A DNA stretch of 64,000 bases from Basidiobolus meristosporus CBS 931.73. Lineage: Eukaryota > Fungi > Basidiobolomycota. The notes beneath the pieces are model-generated. The model made no database searches, was not told the DNA's origin, and saw only the letters and a program-made list of their open reading frames with translations. Where the stretch lies: positions 38,105-102,104 of the forward strand of contig MCFE01000292.1 of NCBI GenBank assembly GCA_002104905.1, written 5' to 3'. This document shows, one piece after another, positions 1 through 11,916 of the stretch. Both the position numbers and the translations under genes were made by a program. The stretch's first letter is position 1. Each line of letters opens with the position of its first letter.

Positions 1-1366
1 AACTACTCCAAGGGAAGCCGTGCAATATACTCTATGGTCACCGTCACTGCCAGCACCTGGGGAGATGTTAGCTTATTGGTCAATACCACCACCAAGAGTT
101 ACACTAAAAGTCGAACATGTTAACAGATTATTGTTCCAAAATCCATCAAATGTGACAACTGGATACATGCGAAGTTTTATCAAAATCACCACTGAGAGTA
201 GGACCATGAGTCAAATATGCTGATTCCCATGTTCTTGAAACAGTATTATAAATAAATATTGTATTCTCCGTGTCCAGGTAACCCTTAGTGCCAAAGACAT
301 GAATTTTGATTTGGCATTGTTACCCAATATTGCATGAAATTATTTCCAGTAATAACAATGGTATTATGTTGTTCATTTGTATATGTTGCATGTGGTGAAG
401 GTGGTCCCCATATGCAAAGAACTCATGGTACCAAAGAGAAATAGTTGGTAGAATGCAGAATCGTTATTAATTTTTATATATATGGTAATATGCAATGACT
501 CACCTACTGGATGTACTATACTAATCCATGTTCACTTGGTCATGCCCAAATAGATGCGAATGTAAAGCGATATATCTAATCCAAGGCATTTCACTACAGA
601 CAAGTACCGTTTCTATAACATGCCCGGTTGAGTTTTGCCACGCAGGCTTTCTTCATACCAGCAATGAGATGTTGCAAGTAGATTAAATCGAGAATAACCA
701 TCAAATCAAACTATTTTTGGATGCATGACGTCCTTAGTCCCATGGTGGCCAAAAAAAATCAATGAATTTTACACCACCGGCCTAATACAATTTGGGCTAG
801 ACGTACTTCTATTCTCGGCTGAATTTATGCTGTGTTGCCTCCAACAGGCTTGAGGATCTGGTACCACTGGAAGAACCAGAAAGGGTTCAGTACGGCAAAC
901 AAACCTTTTCTGGTGAAGCCATTCAGATCTTGATTGATTACACTTCTGAGATGCGACCAGTTAAGTGAATCCAGAGAAATATTCACATCGCCTTATTTCC
1001 AAATTTGGAACATTCTGATACCCATATCGCTCCTAAGAGGTTAAGGAACGTGATATAGCTTGACCTGCCTGGTTTGTTTCAAACCCGTCGAACGTAATAA
1101 GGGTTGGATCTATATTATTCCTGCTAACTGCCGCCATTCTGATCACAAATCGCCAGCAATCTTGGCTCATTTATGTCGATAGATTTCATGATTGTATACT
1201 TAGCTATCACTAAATTATTACCGTTACTCAACCCCAAAATAAGCTTAGAAGTATCGCTTGAATGGAAGATTCGGTAGAATATAACCGAAGAAATTTGGGT
1301 TGAATAGTGCCGTTATGAGATTGTATATAAAGTTAATCCATGATAAGGAGCATTCCGACTTCAGCG

Positions 1367-2249
1367 ATGTCCTGGTGTTTATATCTTCATCTACTATTCA
1401 TAGTCACTCATACCGTAAATGGCATAGATCACTTTCAACTGGAGGAAGATTCATTCGTATACAGCACTACTAGTCTTCAAAGTCATAAAGTAACCACCGT
1501 GAAAAAGGGTAATACTGTGAAAGTACTTTGCCAGCTTGTGAGCAACGAAAATAACATCACCCAGTGAGTATCATGATTAATTAGTAATATGGAAATGTTG
1601 GCTAATTAATGACAGGATTTGGAGCGAAGTACAATATGGCAGTGCGCAAGGCTATATTCAATACTCCCATATGCATAAAGTGCAGGAATGGATTCCGGGC
1701 GCTCCAAATTGCGCTTGTAGAGACCCCGGGATCCCGACGCTTGGTGAAACGAAATTAACAAGTGACGAAGCTTTCAGAATTTTAACTAACGCAAAAATCA
1801 AGATCCCGAACATATGCATTTCAAATGGTGATAATTGTGTTTCATTACAAGGCTTACGAAACGAGACTACGCAAGGTTTAGTAAGTTTTGTTAAGTCTAC
1901 AAAATGCGGTATATCGCTCATCGGAGGAACTGAAGTATCAACCAGTGAGCCCAAGTACTCTTACAACGATGGATTTAAGGTGGACATGGAATTAAACCCG
2001 TGCCTTGAAAAATACCTCACTACCAATCTCACCTTTATTGGAAACCAACAGAATGGAGATCAAGATGCACTTTATGTTGCATGCAGTTCAAACCTATTTG
2101 TTTTAAGGAAAGATCGAATAAGTGCCGCCTTTTATATTGACGGAGGAAAGAGCCCAAAACCACTTACTGCAAATGAATCTGCAGGCAGAGCAATGACTAT
2201 TATGACTATCTACCTTTTGATTTTTGTACTAGTATATACATGGCTATGA
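1367..2249 (+). CDS. Secreted, GPI-tailed protein with an N-terminal bacterial-type SH3 (SH3b-like) domain and an M15/LAS-like metallopeptidase-fold domain lacking metal ligands; 2 exons (1367-1563, 1616-2249), 276 aa
   Basis: ORFs 1340-1567 and 1671-2249 join in frame through a 52-nt intron: GTGAGT at 1564, branch GCTAAT at 1601, GACAG ending 1615. The junction reads ...VKKGNTVKVLCQLVSNENNITQ/IWSEVQYGSAQGYIQYSHM, an SH3b pattern. Signal peptide MSWCLYLHLLFIVTHTVNG; TATATAA at ~1324 favours the ATG at 1367 over 1340. The C-terminus NESAGRAMTIMTIYLLIFVLVYTWL is GPI-like. The middle domain GGTEVSTSEPKYSYNDGFKVD resembles the actinobacterial/fungal family motif GGTETGHxxGTYSHxNGYKVD (recalled, not searched). 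Confidence 0.75.
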
Positions 2250-2786
2250 ATATACTGAACAAGGATAAAATCACCATGAAATGGGCAATACAGCATCAGA
2301 ACAGATGTTTCGGAACAATTTTTAACTAACATGGAGAATGGATTATTTGTTCATTTGCGTCCTGTTGATTGCATCATTAGGAGTTCCATTTTGTCATTAC
2401 ACTGATTGTTACTGGGATAAATCGAGAGATTTTCCATGTGCCATATACCTGGTCTTCGATGAAATGTCAGTTGTACAGCATAGCGCTTCAATAACTCTTA
2501 GTGTGATTTAAATTCCAGTAGCTAGCTTCGATGCTATACCTCCACGTTTCTTCGAGGGTTAACGGTGTGGTAGAAGATTTGTTTAAGCAAGCATTGGTAA
2601 TCAACTTTTCCATAAATAATCTACATAATACTCAAGTCTCCTTTATTTCTGATTTATTCAAAATGCATTTTAAAAGGCTATCAGTATTATATTGCATATC
2701 GCATTCTATCGTCTATATCCGAGCGATGATACTTTTTGTTCATGCGATGAGCATTCGTTATGGACAATAGTTTGGAGTTCGATTTT

Positions 2787-3961
2787 ACACTACTTGGTTG
2801 TTGGACCAAGATGCATAACCGATATAGTTGAGCCATGTGTTACTAAGAATATCGCACACGAATCCTAAAGCTGAAATCTTTGTTCTTTGTATTTATGGTG
2901 GCGCTTAGTAATGGTCCAGTGATCAAGTGTTCGGACAAATTGGTTGAGTAAGATATGATAGCTTTATTAAAGTCAAAATCCGTGAAGTCATTTTCGCAAA
3001 AATCACCGTTACTTGCGAACATTGGTCGAGTTTACCCAGCGGGACGGGGTGACAGTTACCATCGAGTATATGCCTGGGCCTTGTTTAAGTTGAGTTACGT
3101 TTCCGAAACCAGCGAGGACATCCTGACCTCCGGCAGTCTTTCCTTTGATCTGGGAGGAATTCGATCCATCAAGCATGACACCAATTTTACAGCCAATGTA
3201 TGTTTTCATTAGGCTTCTCACTTGGCCAGGAGTTGCCGACATTATGCTGACAAGAATAATTTTGTTGTCTGTGCTTCTGTACCCAATTGCTGTCCTTGCT
3301 GAAGTAGAATTGGCTCCCATGGCGCCAACGCGACCCGCATGTTCACTCGCAGTGATATCATCTAGCCACTCTTTATCGGTGTACGCCTTATCCAGATGAA
3401 GACTCAAGCCGCCTACTGCCCATTGAATACTCTCCTTCTGGTAGCCATTAAGGTTGGATATCACATCAGTAGAGAGGAACAGATTCCCGCTGGAGCTTTT
3501 GGTGCATATCATGGTTCCCCTGCTGAAATCCCCGTAGTTATGAGCATCTCCGCCGTTTCTTACGGGCGCACCTCCAGCTTTGCAGACAATTGCCACCAGG
3601 TCCTTGGTAGGCGAGTCCCGATTGAAGTAGCCTCCATTGCAGCCATAGTAGGATGAAGCGTAGACATTAGTGTTGCCCACATCAGCGACGTCAATGGTGG
3701 GGACATCAGCAACAATTGCTGTGACACTGATGCCTTGATAGGTAAATTGGTTGACTCGAGCTTCAGACATGGGGATTGCGCTTGTCTAGAACACAGTTGG
3801 CCATGGCAGTATTTATAGTATGAGCAGTGACCCATACGCTACATTCACTGTATACTGTGGGGTGTTCACAATGCGGATTACAGATCCAACACCCGTATTT
3901 GATGTAGCTACTTCCCAAGCACAAGAGGGCTTGTAGTTTGGTGTGCAAACTTGCATTGATT
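2787..3961. repeat. Near-identical segmental duplicate block I (partner 9926-11100)
   Basis: Constant offset of 7139 with only a few substitutions. More diverged homology continues on both sides (2627~7499, 2700~9840, 3962-4620~11101-11720). Confidence 0.95.
3009..3770 (-). CDS. Phosphodiester glycosidase (NAGPA-like) family protein, copy 1, 253 aa, intronless
   Basis: Motifs NGGYFN, SARTAIG and VMLDGSNSSQ (family consensus LDGGGSS). TATAAATA lies ~40 bp upstream of the ATG on the minus strand. No signal peptide seen. Confidence 0.8.
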   Translation of the reverse strand: MSEARVNQFTYQGISVTAIVADVPTIDVADVGNTNVYASSYYGCNGGYFNRDSPTKDLVAIVCKAGGAPVRNGGDAHNYGDFSRGTMICTKSSSGNLFLSTDVISNLNGYQKESIQWAVGGLSLHLDKAYTDKEWLDDITASEHAGRVGAMGANSTSARTAIGYRSTDNKIILVSIMSATPGQVRSLMKTYIGCKIGVMLDGSNSSQIKGKTAGGQDVLAGFGNVTQLKQGPGIYSMVTVTPSRWVNSTNVRK

Positions 3962-4721
3962 CGCTTTCTCATAACCACAAGATATCAAGCGGGGTCAAAG
4001 CTGGGGATACGTTGTGTTACAGTGCCTCACAATACCTTCGGAATATGATGAATAATTCAAGCTATCTACTTTTGGGATGAACGTGGATTTTGAGTACACA
4101 TATCAAAACTTGGTGATGAATGATATACATAATGTGCAATTTAAGATACGATACTCAGCATTTGATACTGATTACAGCTATTTCCAGTTTTAACATCCAT
4201 ATCTCTTTTGCAACCAGATATGTCATGCAATGAAATGCATTCTATGAGGAGTTACTAGTTTCATTAAATATGTACTAGTTCAATCTAATACAAAGGACGA
4301 ATCGTGGAGCATCCTATCAAGATTAGTACAGGAATTTATTTAAAATTGCTCACCAACTCCTCCAAGCTCTTTTGGCCAACCCAAGATCGGATTAGCTGAT
4401 ACATCCATCTGTAATTATTGCTAGGTGGATCAGAAGTACCACAGATATAATAGTGATGGAAAACATCCTTTCTGGTATTGCTATTCCGATCCTGCTAAAC
4501 AGTGGTTTTGAGATATCACCGGATGAATCATAAGCACCAACTGTATCAAAATATTTTTACATGTAATGCATACTAGTTCTAATAGTACCTCACACAAGCC
4601 ATGCAATTGGGAAATCAAAACCATGGCTGAGTCACAGATATCACTGTAATGCTTAACATGCTGTTCCGTGCGCCATAATTCAAAACTTCCCAATCCCAAT
4701 TTTGGGAAGTGGTATGTTGTC

Positions 4722-6360
4722 AGTGTCGAGGATAACCTCCGCATCAGGTTATCTTCACAATGTTGAACATTCAAGCCCATTTGCCTCAAACAGGCTTAGG
4801 AATCTGGTACTACCTGGCCAAGCCGTCTTACAGCCAAACCTGTAGAGCGTGATCGGGGTGGGACTTCTACCATCTACTGTCTGTATTCATTCACTCAAGA
4901 TCCAGGTTTGTATCATACAGTCTGGATTTGACACCCTTGTGACACATGGTTCGATTACTTGATGCTGCGATCGCTAGATCCTAGATGTTCGCGTATGATG
5001 AGTTCTGGTTGAAATCATGGCACTAATGTGCACATTATTCCCTTTTCATTGATGCACTAGACTGCACTCCCTGCAAAACAGGAAAGCCAATCCTGCGAAT
5101 ACGTACAGATGGCGTTCTCACAAATGCTGAGTTAAGCTTATTTCGAAAGCAGTCACCTGCCTACCAGCATTGCCATGCCATTGAGAAGAGTAGATATTTC
5201 AAGGTATGTTTATTTGGGTTACGTTTTCGAGCAAGTGTCGATTAGTCAATTGCACAACGAATCATGGCTTAGGGGCCGTTTGAAGAAGCCCACTCTGTGT
5301 GCCAGCTATACAATCCGATTTGACTCTCATTCTAGCATTATCGGAGTTGGCTTCCTTGGCGGTGGCTGATTTGCCGATCTCTCTGCCTCTTGCGTTGTTG
5401 AAGAGATCCATGGATGAGGCTGCTGCACTATTTTGCCCAAACACTTCGTGAGCATCACCGACTTCCTTTGCCTGAGACTCACCAATACTAATGGTCATCA
5501 ACGCACTCCAATAGCAGTGACGGAACGCATCAGCTTTACCATTTACGTCGGAACCGACTGGGAATGTTTTATCGTTTATCAATGCCTGGGTGGTGTCCAA
5601 AGCCGTACTGGTGTCACGGGCAACCGAAATGCAGTCGAAGATGCCAACTTGGATAGCGCAGTTCCATCCTTCAGCCCACGATTTTTTATGCAACGGAGCC
5701 GCTGACGCCCAAGGAAGGGTGATTAGTGCAAGAGCGCCGATTAGAGTGAATGACTTCATTGTGTTTACTGCCGGAAGTTAGAAGAAGGCTGTGTTAGTGA
5801 GGCTTTACTCCGTTCTTCGGTCCATTTATAGCTGATAGGCAGAAAAGAATTGTCAGACAGTATCAGGATCCTCTTTATTGGTGTTGGATCGCTTATGTTG
5901 GGCCAATATGTTCTGTGAAACGATGGCATTTGCAATGCGAACTCTGATACCCCAGAGAGGGACCCTTTGTTGACTGAGCTGCATGTCGGGTGGTAGAATT
6001 CGGAAAACATATCAGAGCTGCCCTGCAAGCTGGTGGGAAGGTCTTTCGAAGTAGTCAATTACTAGATACTGAGTCATTGCTAGTATCCATACCTTAGTTT
6101 ACCCCCTTGATGTATCACAATTATGGAGATTGGTGGCAACGACTGCGTTCATTGTAGAACATTCGAAGCCTTATTGTGATGTACCGAAAATAGATTGAAG
6201 ATTGTGGTCATTCATACTCTTTATAGTCAGTGTGCACTATTTGTGAAGCATCCAATGAAGGCTTTACTTGAACCGTCATCCGAGGGGGCTTTCGTGATCT
6301 GAGATTCGGCTCCAGCCATGACCTGTATTCTACTCAGCCCTTGTTTCTTAGCTTGAGAAC
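4722..6360. repeat. Near-identical segmental duplicate block II (partner 13408-15046)
   Basis: Constant offset of 8686 with few substitutions. Diverged homology continues to ~6520/~15210. Confidence 0.95.
5262..5759 (-). CDS. Secreted DUF6973-like protein, copy 1, 165 aa
   Basis: Signal peptide MKSFTLIGALALITLPWASA followed by a dibasic KK. Motifs DAFRHCYW, GDAHE and MDLFNNARGREIG. TATAAAT ~65 bp upstream on the minus strand. Confidence 0.8.
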   Translation of the reverse strand: MKSFTLIGALALITLPWASAAPLHKKSWAEGWNCAIQVGIFDCISVARDTSTALDTTQALINDKTFPVGSDVNGKADAFRHCYWSALMTISIGESQAKEVGDAHEVFGQNSAAASSMDLFNNARGREIGKSATAKEANSDNARMRVKSDCIAGTQSGLLQTAPKP

Positions 6361-7556
6361 TTTCAGGATATAGCAAGAAATACCGGAGATGCCAAGCCGT
6401 GTGTTGTGCACTATCCATAACTTGCATAGTGCTTAACCGAGGTTTCATGAGAGTACGGTATATTTGTGCCTATGATAACAATACCAATTATCTCCTATCA
6501 CTGTAGCGTACAAGCATCTGGTAGCATTGTAGTTAGTAATCTAAAAGGCCATAACTTGTTTACCTAAATAAGGGCTTTTGCAATTGTAGTATCTTCCCGA
6601 ATATAATATCAAGAAATGATTGTTAGCTGTGAAGATGAAATATTCACTGTATGTGTAGAGTTCTCCAGGATATTATTCACCCACTATGATGATAACAATA
6701 AGTCTGTTTCTTTGAAATTTTGTACTTGTTACTAAATCTACATTACATAGAATAAAGGCTACCAGTTCAGCAACTCGAACTATTTTTGTTTCTTAATTCA
6801 ATAGCAGTTTCTTATAAACATGTTTCCAGCAACGGTTGAATAGTTACAGAGCTCAAAAAATACCCCGGACTGTGTTATCAGAACTGTAGTGCTATTAGCA
6901 TTTGGTTTTTAAAACACTTTCAGTTTTGCTTTCCCCTATTAGCAATTACCGAGAAGGACCTATGAAAATACTGTCACGAAATTGGAAGTGTTGCTCATCA
7001 TTGCAATTAAAATTGCAACTTCCCTACCCAATATTGATTGGTATTTCTTTGATTTCTTTGATTCAAACTGTTGATATATCTCAAGTTTCAATTAAGCAAA
7101 TTGCTAAATTATTAGCTTTTGACCGGAGATTTAGTTTGTAATATATTAGCTAATACTCTGAATTAGTGAAATCCTGGAGCTTATCAAATTGATCTGACTT
7201 CGCAAAATGACTTCAAACCATGACGTTGTTTCCGGCAGATTTTTTTAAAACACTTGTATCGTTAGTCCACAAGCTCTCCTAAAAAAAGATATACAGCATC
7301 TAAGGACTCGGAGCATGTGTCGATCACCATTGGATGTGGTTTACCATAAAAGAATGATTTAAAGCTATCTCCTTGATAAATAAGCGTTGCAAAGTCACGC
7401 GGGAAAATTCTCACCCAATCTAAAAGCCATCATAGTTGAGCCGAATTCCTATCAAATATTGTATCACGCATTCGTGATTCTAATCAGCTTAATTAGCACA
7501 ATACTCAAGTCTTCTTTATTTCTGACATATTGCGAATAATTAACAAGTAGAGATTA

Positions 7557-9810
7557 GCCCAATCGGACCATTTGGTCCGATTGTATTTAAATTATTTTGA
7601 CCTCATAGCAAGGATATATGAAGTCTAAATGAAGTTTATGAAATTTCTCTGGTATACACTTTGTGCTGGTATTTTAATTTTTTCAAAATGGTTGCAAATA
7701 CTTTGTCTTATATTACCTTTACTGAAGCAACTTTTGGCAAATTTTAATCGGACCAAATGGTCTAACACTTCATTGATGAATAATGGGTATGGCTTTAAGC
7801 AATTATATTTCAAACATTTAATGGCCAATCCAACTAACTGCGAAGAATTATTGAGCATTATTTGTTTTTTCATATACCACCTTCAAGTGCCTGGTATAGC
7901 AGTCCTTACACATTGGGTGGCCAGGGTTGCAACTGCATGAAAACTCAACCTTAGTGCTTGTAACATGAGCGGCAGTACAAGTTTTGCAAGCTAATCTACG
8001 GCGCTTTGAGCCATAACCTTTACTCATCGACAGGTAAGTGTGATTTTCATCACTTCTGAGTTGCCTCTGACTACCCAAGGGCCCCTTGATGTCTGAACCG
8101 GCCAAATTCTTACAATATTGCAAGAAATTGTATGCTAAAATATCCTTGAAAGAGAAATGAGATACGCCACACTTTTGATAAGAAAATGTACAATAAGTGC
8201 TATAGGCATTGGCGTCACAGATACCCAGGATGAAGCCGTAGAAACGCATCTCCCATCTTTCTGTACATATAACATCATGATAAGATGTCAAATTATCTTG
8301 AAGGTTATTAGCAGCATCAACCGAACCTACAAATATAGTAAATGGAGCACATGTTGTTTCTTCAAGACAGGATTCTACAATACAAGTTGCCAACACTGGC
8401 AACAATATTGGTGGTGGGCATACCACATGGCCAGTAGCAGCGTTTAGTCACTTGCATAATGGAATACAGACCAAGTTCAGCCAGCATCATTGTCATATTT
8501 GGGGATCCGAACCAAGAGTCAGCAATAACGGTACGGCCAGTACCAAACCAAGGCTTGACTAATCGCTTGACAGTGGAAGTCAACTTGGACATACCAGGAT
8601 CATTGTCATATTCCTTCTGTAACCAATCACTCACTGTATCTATTCTCAGGATACAAGCAGTGTGATGGTCTGCTAAAGTCTTGAACTCCTGTCCGATGGG
8701 ATGCGGCTTCCTTGGGACTTTCTTAACATTGGGCAAACCAGCTCCTAACCATTGATTCATTGATTCGTCAATGACTAAATACTTGCAGGGCTCTAAACAA
8801 GTTTTCATGTGCTCATTAAAGGCGTCAATAGTTGATCTAATTTGATAAAGAGCATCGATTTCTTGATGTTCTCGGGAAGGGATTTCAAGAACGTGCATTT
8901 TCAGAATCTCTTTAAATCTTCTATACGACATATATTCCGTAAAGTCAATGTTCATTAAGAAATGAGAAGAGCCTTGCTTCCAGTAAGCTTTTTTGTCGGA
9001 ATGATTGATTAATGCAATCCACATCATGTACTCGGCAAATGTAATGTCAGTCCATGGGCCAATGCTAGTTGCATAAGTATTAATCCTCCAAACGATAGTG
9101 CGAAAGTGATCTAAAGGAAGGAAGAACAAGAAATAATCCAGCGGTGAGGCATTTCTAGCATTTTTCATATTTAACCAAGCTTTCAAGGAGGTAAAACCAT
9201 CAGCTGGCCCACTTGTACGGGAATCAATATATACTTCCCCAGTTATCCAGGTGTCTGCTGCAGTAAGGTCAATTTCATCTTCCTCCTGCTCCTCTTCTTG
9301 GATTGCATCCTCCAATAGGTCTTTAGTAACAATACTCTCGGTAGTATTAGCAGTTGCAGGTTCAATGTTTCCCAAGGTATCATTACTGTTAGTCTTGATA
9401 TACTTTAAACAGTTTTGTGAAAGAGTCAATGTAATCCCCGGTACCAGATCCAAAATGACATCATATTCCAAATTGCCGTTGACTGTTGAGCGTGCAGTGG
9501 TAACTCCCTTGAAGCTCAAACCAGGTGTATTCCAGTCAAAACGCAGAGATAAAAGTCGTTTGACTTCCTTATGTTTGATAAATCGCTTGGATACTGATAC
9601 ACGCACATTAACATCAAGATGTTTACTGGCAGGAGGCATGGTTTAAGTCTTAAGAAAAGATAAAACGAATATGACGAATTATCAAAACAACTCCAAAAAA
9701 TAAATATTCAGATTCTTGTTTATCAGAATATGATATGAAATAAACAAAGTAAGACACCCATCCAGAAAAAACAATTGTATTTAATTAGACCATTTGGTCC
9801 AATTTGGACC
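7557..9810 (-). mobile_element. Degenerate piggyBac-like DNA transposon
   Basis: Imperfect terminal inverted repeats GCCCAATCGGACCATTTGGTCCGATT (7557-7582) and AATTAGACCATTTGGTCCAATTTGGAC (9783-9809), with an internal inverted copy at 7746-7765. The flanks rejoin the uninterrupted paralogous site at ~2630-2710. A canonical TTAA TSD was not found. Confidence 0.75.
7848..9639 (-). pseudogene. piggyBac transposase, frameshifted near 8400
   Basis: DDD motifs VIDESM, IADSWF and GSVD; RKPHPIG motif; C-terminal Cys-rich domain RRRLACKTC..CSC..CKDCYTRH. Split across ORFs 8362-9639 and 7848-8426. Confidence 0.85.
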
Positions 9811-10147
9811 AGCCGAATAGCACTCCTACATCTCATGTCGCATTCTATCATTAGTTTCTCGGCGATAATATTTCCTAGTCATGCATTGCGCATTCTATAC
9901 GGACAATACTTCGGCGTCTGGTTTCACACTACTTGGTTGTTGGACCAAGATGCATAACCGATATAGTTGGGCCATGTGTTACTAAGAATATCGCACACGA
10001 ATCCTAAAGCTGAAATCTTTGTTCTTTGTATTTATGGTGGCGCTTAGTAATGGTCCAGTGATCAAGTGTTCCGACAAATGGGTTGAGTAAGATATGATAG
10101 CTTTATTAAAGTCAAAATCCGTGAAGTCATTTTCGCAAAAATCACCG

Positions 10148-10909
10148 TTACTTGCGAACATTGGTCGAGTTTACCCAGCGGGACGGGGTGACAGTTACCA
10201 TCGAGTATATGCCTGGGCCTTGTTTAAGTTGAGTTACGTTTCCGAAACCAGCGAGGACATCCTGACCTCCGGCAGTCTTTCCTTTGATCTGGGAGGAATT
10301 CGATCCATCAAGCATGACACCAATTTTACAGCCAATGTATGTTTTCATTAGGCTTCTCACTTGGCCAGGAGTTGCCGACATTATGCTGACAAGAATAATT
10401 TTGTTGTCTGTGCTTCTGTACCCAATTGCTGTCCTTGCTGAAGTAGAATTGGCTCCCATGGCGCCAACGCGACCCGCATGTTCACTCACAGTGATATCAT
10501 CTAGCCACTCTTTATCGGTGTACGCCTTATCCAGATGAAGACTCAAGCCGCCTACTGCCCATTGAATACTCTCCTTCTGGTAGCCATTAAGGTTGGATAT
10601 CACATCAGTAGAGAGGAACAGATTCCCGCTGGAGCTTTTGGTGCATATCATGGTTCCCCTGCTGAAATCCCCGTAGTTATGCGCATCTCCGCCGTTTCTT
10701 ACGGGCGCACCTCCAGCTTTGCAGACAATTGCCACCAGGTCCTTGGTAGGCGAGTCCCGATTGAAGTAGCCTCCATTGCAGCCATAGTAGGATGAAGCGT
10801 AGACATTAGTGTTGCCCACATCAGCGACGTCAATGGTGGGGACATCAGCAACAATTGCTGTGACACTGATGCCTTGATAGGTAAATTGGTTGACTCGAGC
10901 TTCAGACAT
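10148..10909 (-). CDS. Phosphodiester glycosidase (NAGPA-like) family protein, copy 2
   Basis: Same protein as 3009-3770 except ITAS versus ITVS. Confidence 0.8.
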   Translation of the reverse strand: MSEARVNQFTYQGISVTAIVADVPTIDVADVGNTNVYASSYYGCNGGYFNRDSPTKDLVAIVCKAGGAPVRNGGDAHNYGDFSRGTMICTKSSSGNLFLSTDVISNLNGYQKESIQWAVGGLSLHLDKAYTDKEWLDDITVSEHAGRVGAMGANSTSARTAIGYRSTDNKIILVSIMSATPGQVRSLMKTYIGCKIGVMLDGSNSSQIKGKTAGGQDVLAGFGNVTQLKQGPGIYSMVTVTPSRWVNSTNVRK

Positions 10910-11916
10910 GGGGATTGCGCTTGTCTAGAACACAGTTGGCCATGGCAGTATTTATAGTATGAGCAGTGACCCATACGCTACATTCACTGTATACTGTGGG
11001 GTGTTCACAATGCGGATTACAGATCCAACACCCGTATTTGATGTAGCTACTTCCCAAGCACAAGAGGGCTTGTAGTTTGGTGTGCGAACTTGCATTGATT
11101 TGATTTCGGAACTAGGAATGGGTCGTGTTACAGTGCCTTACAATATATTCAGAATATGATCAATAAATTAAGATACTACTTTTGGGAGGAGTGTGGATTG
11201 AGTACGTATGTTACAACTTAATTGTTGGCACACATAACGTAATTCAAGATGGAATACTCGGTATTTGATGCGGCTCACAGCTATATCCAGTTTTAACATT
11301 GATGTCTATCTTTGAAATAAGATAAGTTAAATGCTTTCTGCGTGCAGCTACTAGTTTCATGAAAAATGTACTAGAGCAATCTAATACACGGGAAGAATCG
11401 TGTGGTGTCATTTCAAGATTGCGCAGTGGTTAGTTCGTAATTATTCATTAACTCACAATACGGTGCTACCCCAGGCTCACTTTGCCAAACCAAAATCATA
11501 ATAGTTGATATATCATCTGTAACTAAGGCTAGGTAGATCAGTGGTGTCACAGATATCATAGTGGTGGAAGACAACTTTTCTTGTCTTGCTATTCCGATTT
11601 TGCTGGACAGTAGTTTTGAGATATCACCGGATGAATCGAGATCTGTCGCTGTTTATAAATATCTCTACATGTAGAACACTCTAGGTCTAGTGAAATCTCA
11701 TACAGGCTTTGCAATTGGCTACCTCTGGACCGAAACTGTTATGAAAGCCCCTATCACCACCCAACACTAGGGCGGTCGATTTGTGATTTTTTCTATCACG
11801 CTAGTTCTTTCTTAAACATGAATGAGGAAAGAAACTATTTATTTGTTCCTTCAAGCGCTAGTGTTTGTTCGCGGAATCAAGAATTATCCACGATAGATTC
11901 ACCGAACTAAACTTGT

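Noticed and set aside
2955-3835. ORFs 2955-3212, 3145-3399, 3396-3656 and 3560-3835 (and their duplicates near 10.1-11.0 kb)
   Set aside because: Antisense or alternate-frame shadows of the phosphodiester glycosidase gene, with no motifs.
5765-6058. 97-aa ORF upstream of the DUF6973-like gene (duplicate at 14451-14744)
   Set aside because: It spans the TATA box of the downstream gene and has no recognisable features; conservation is explained by the recent duplicate identity.
6530-7490. AT-rich stretch with broken minus-strand frames
   Set aside because: Many stops and no identifiable homology; possibly an old pseudogene, but unsupported.
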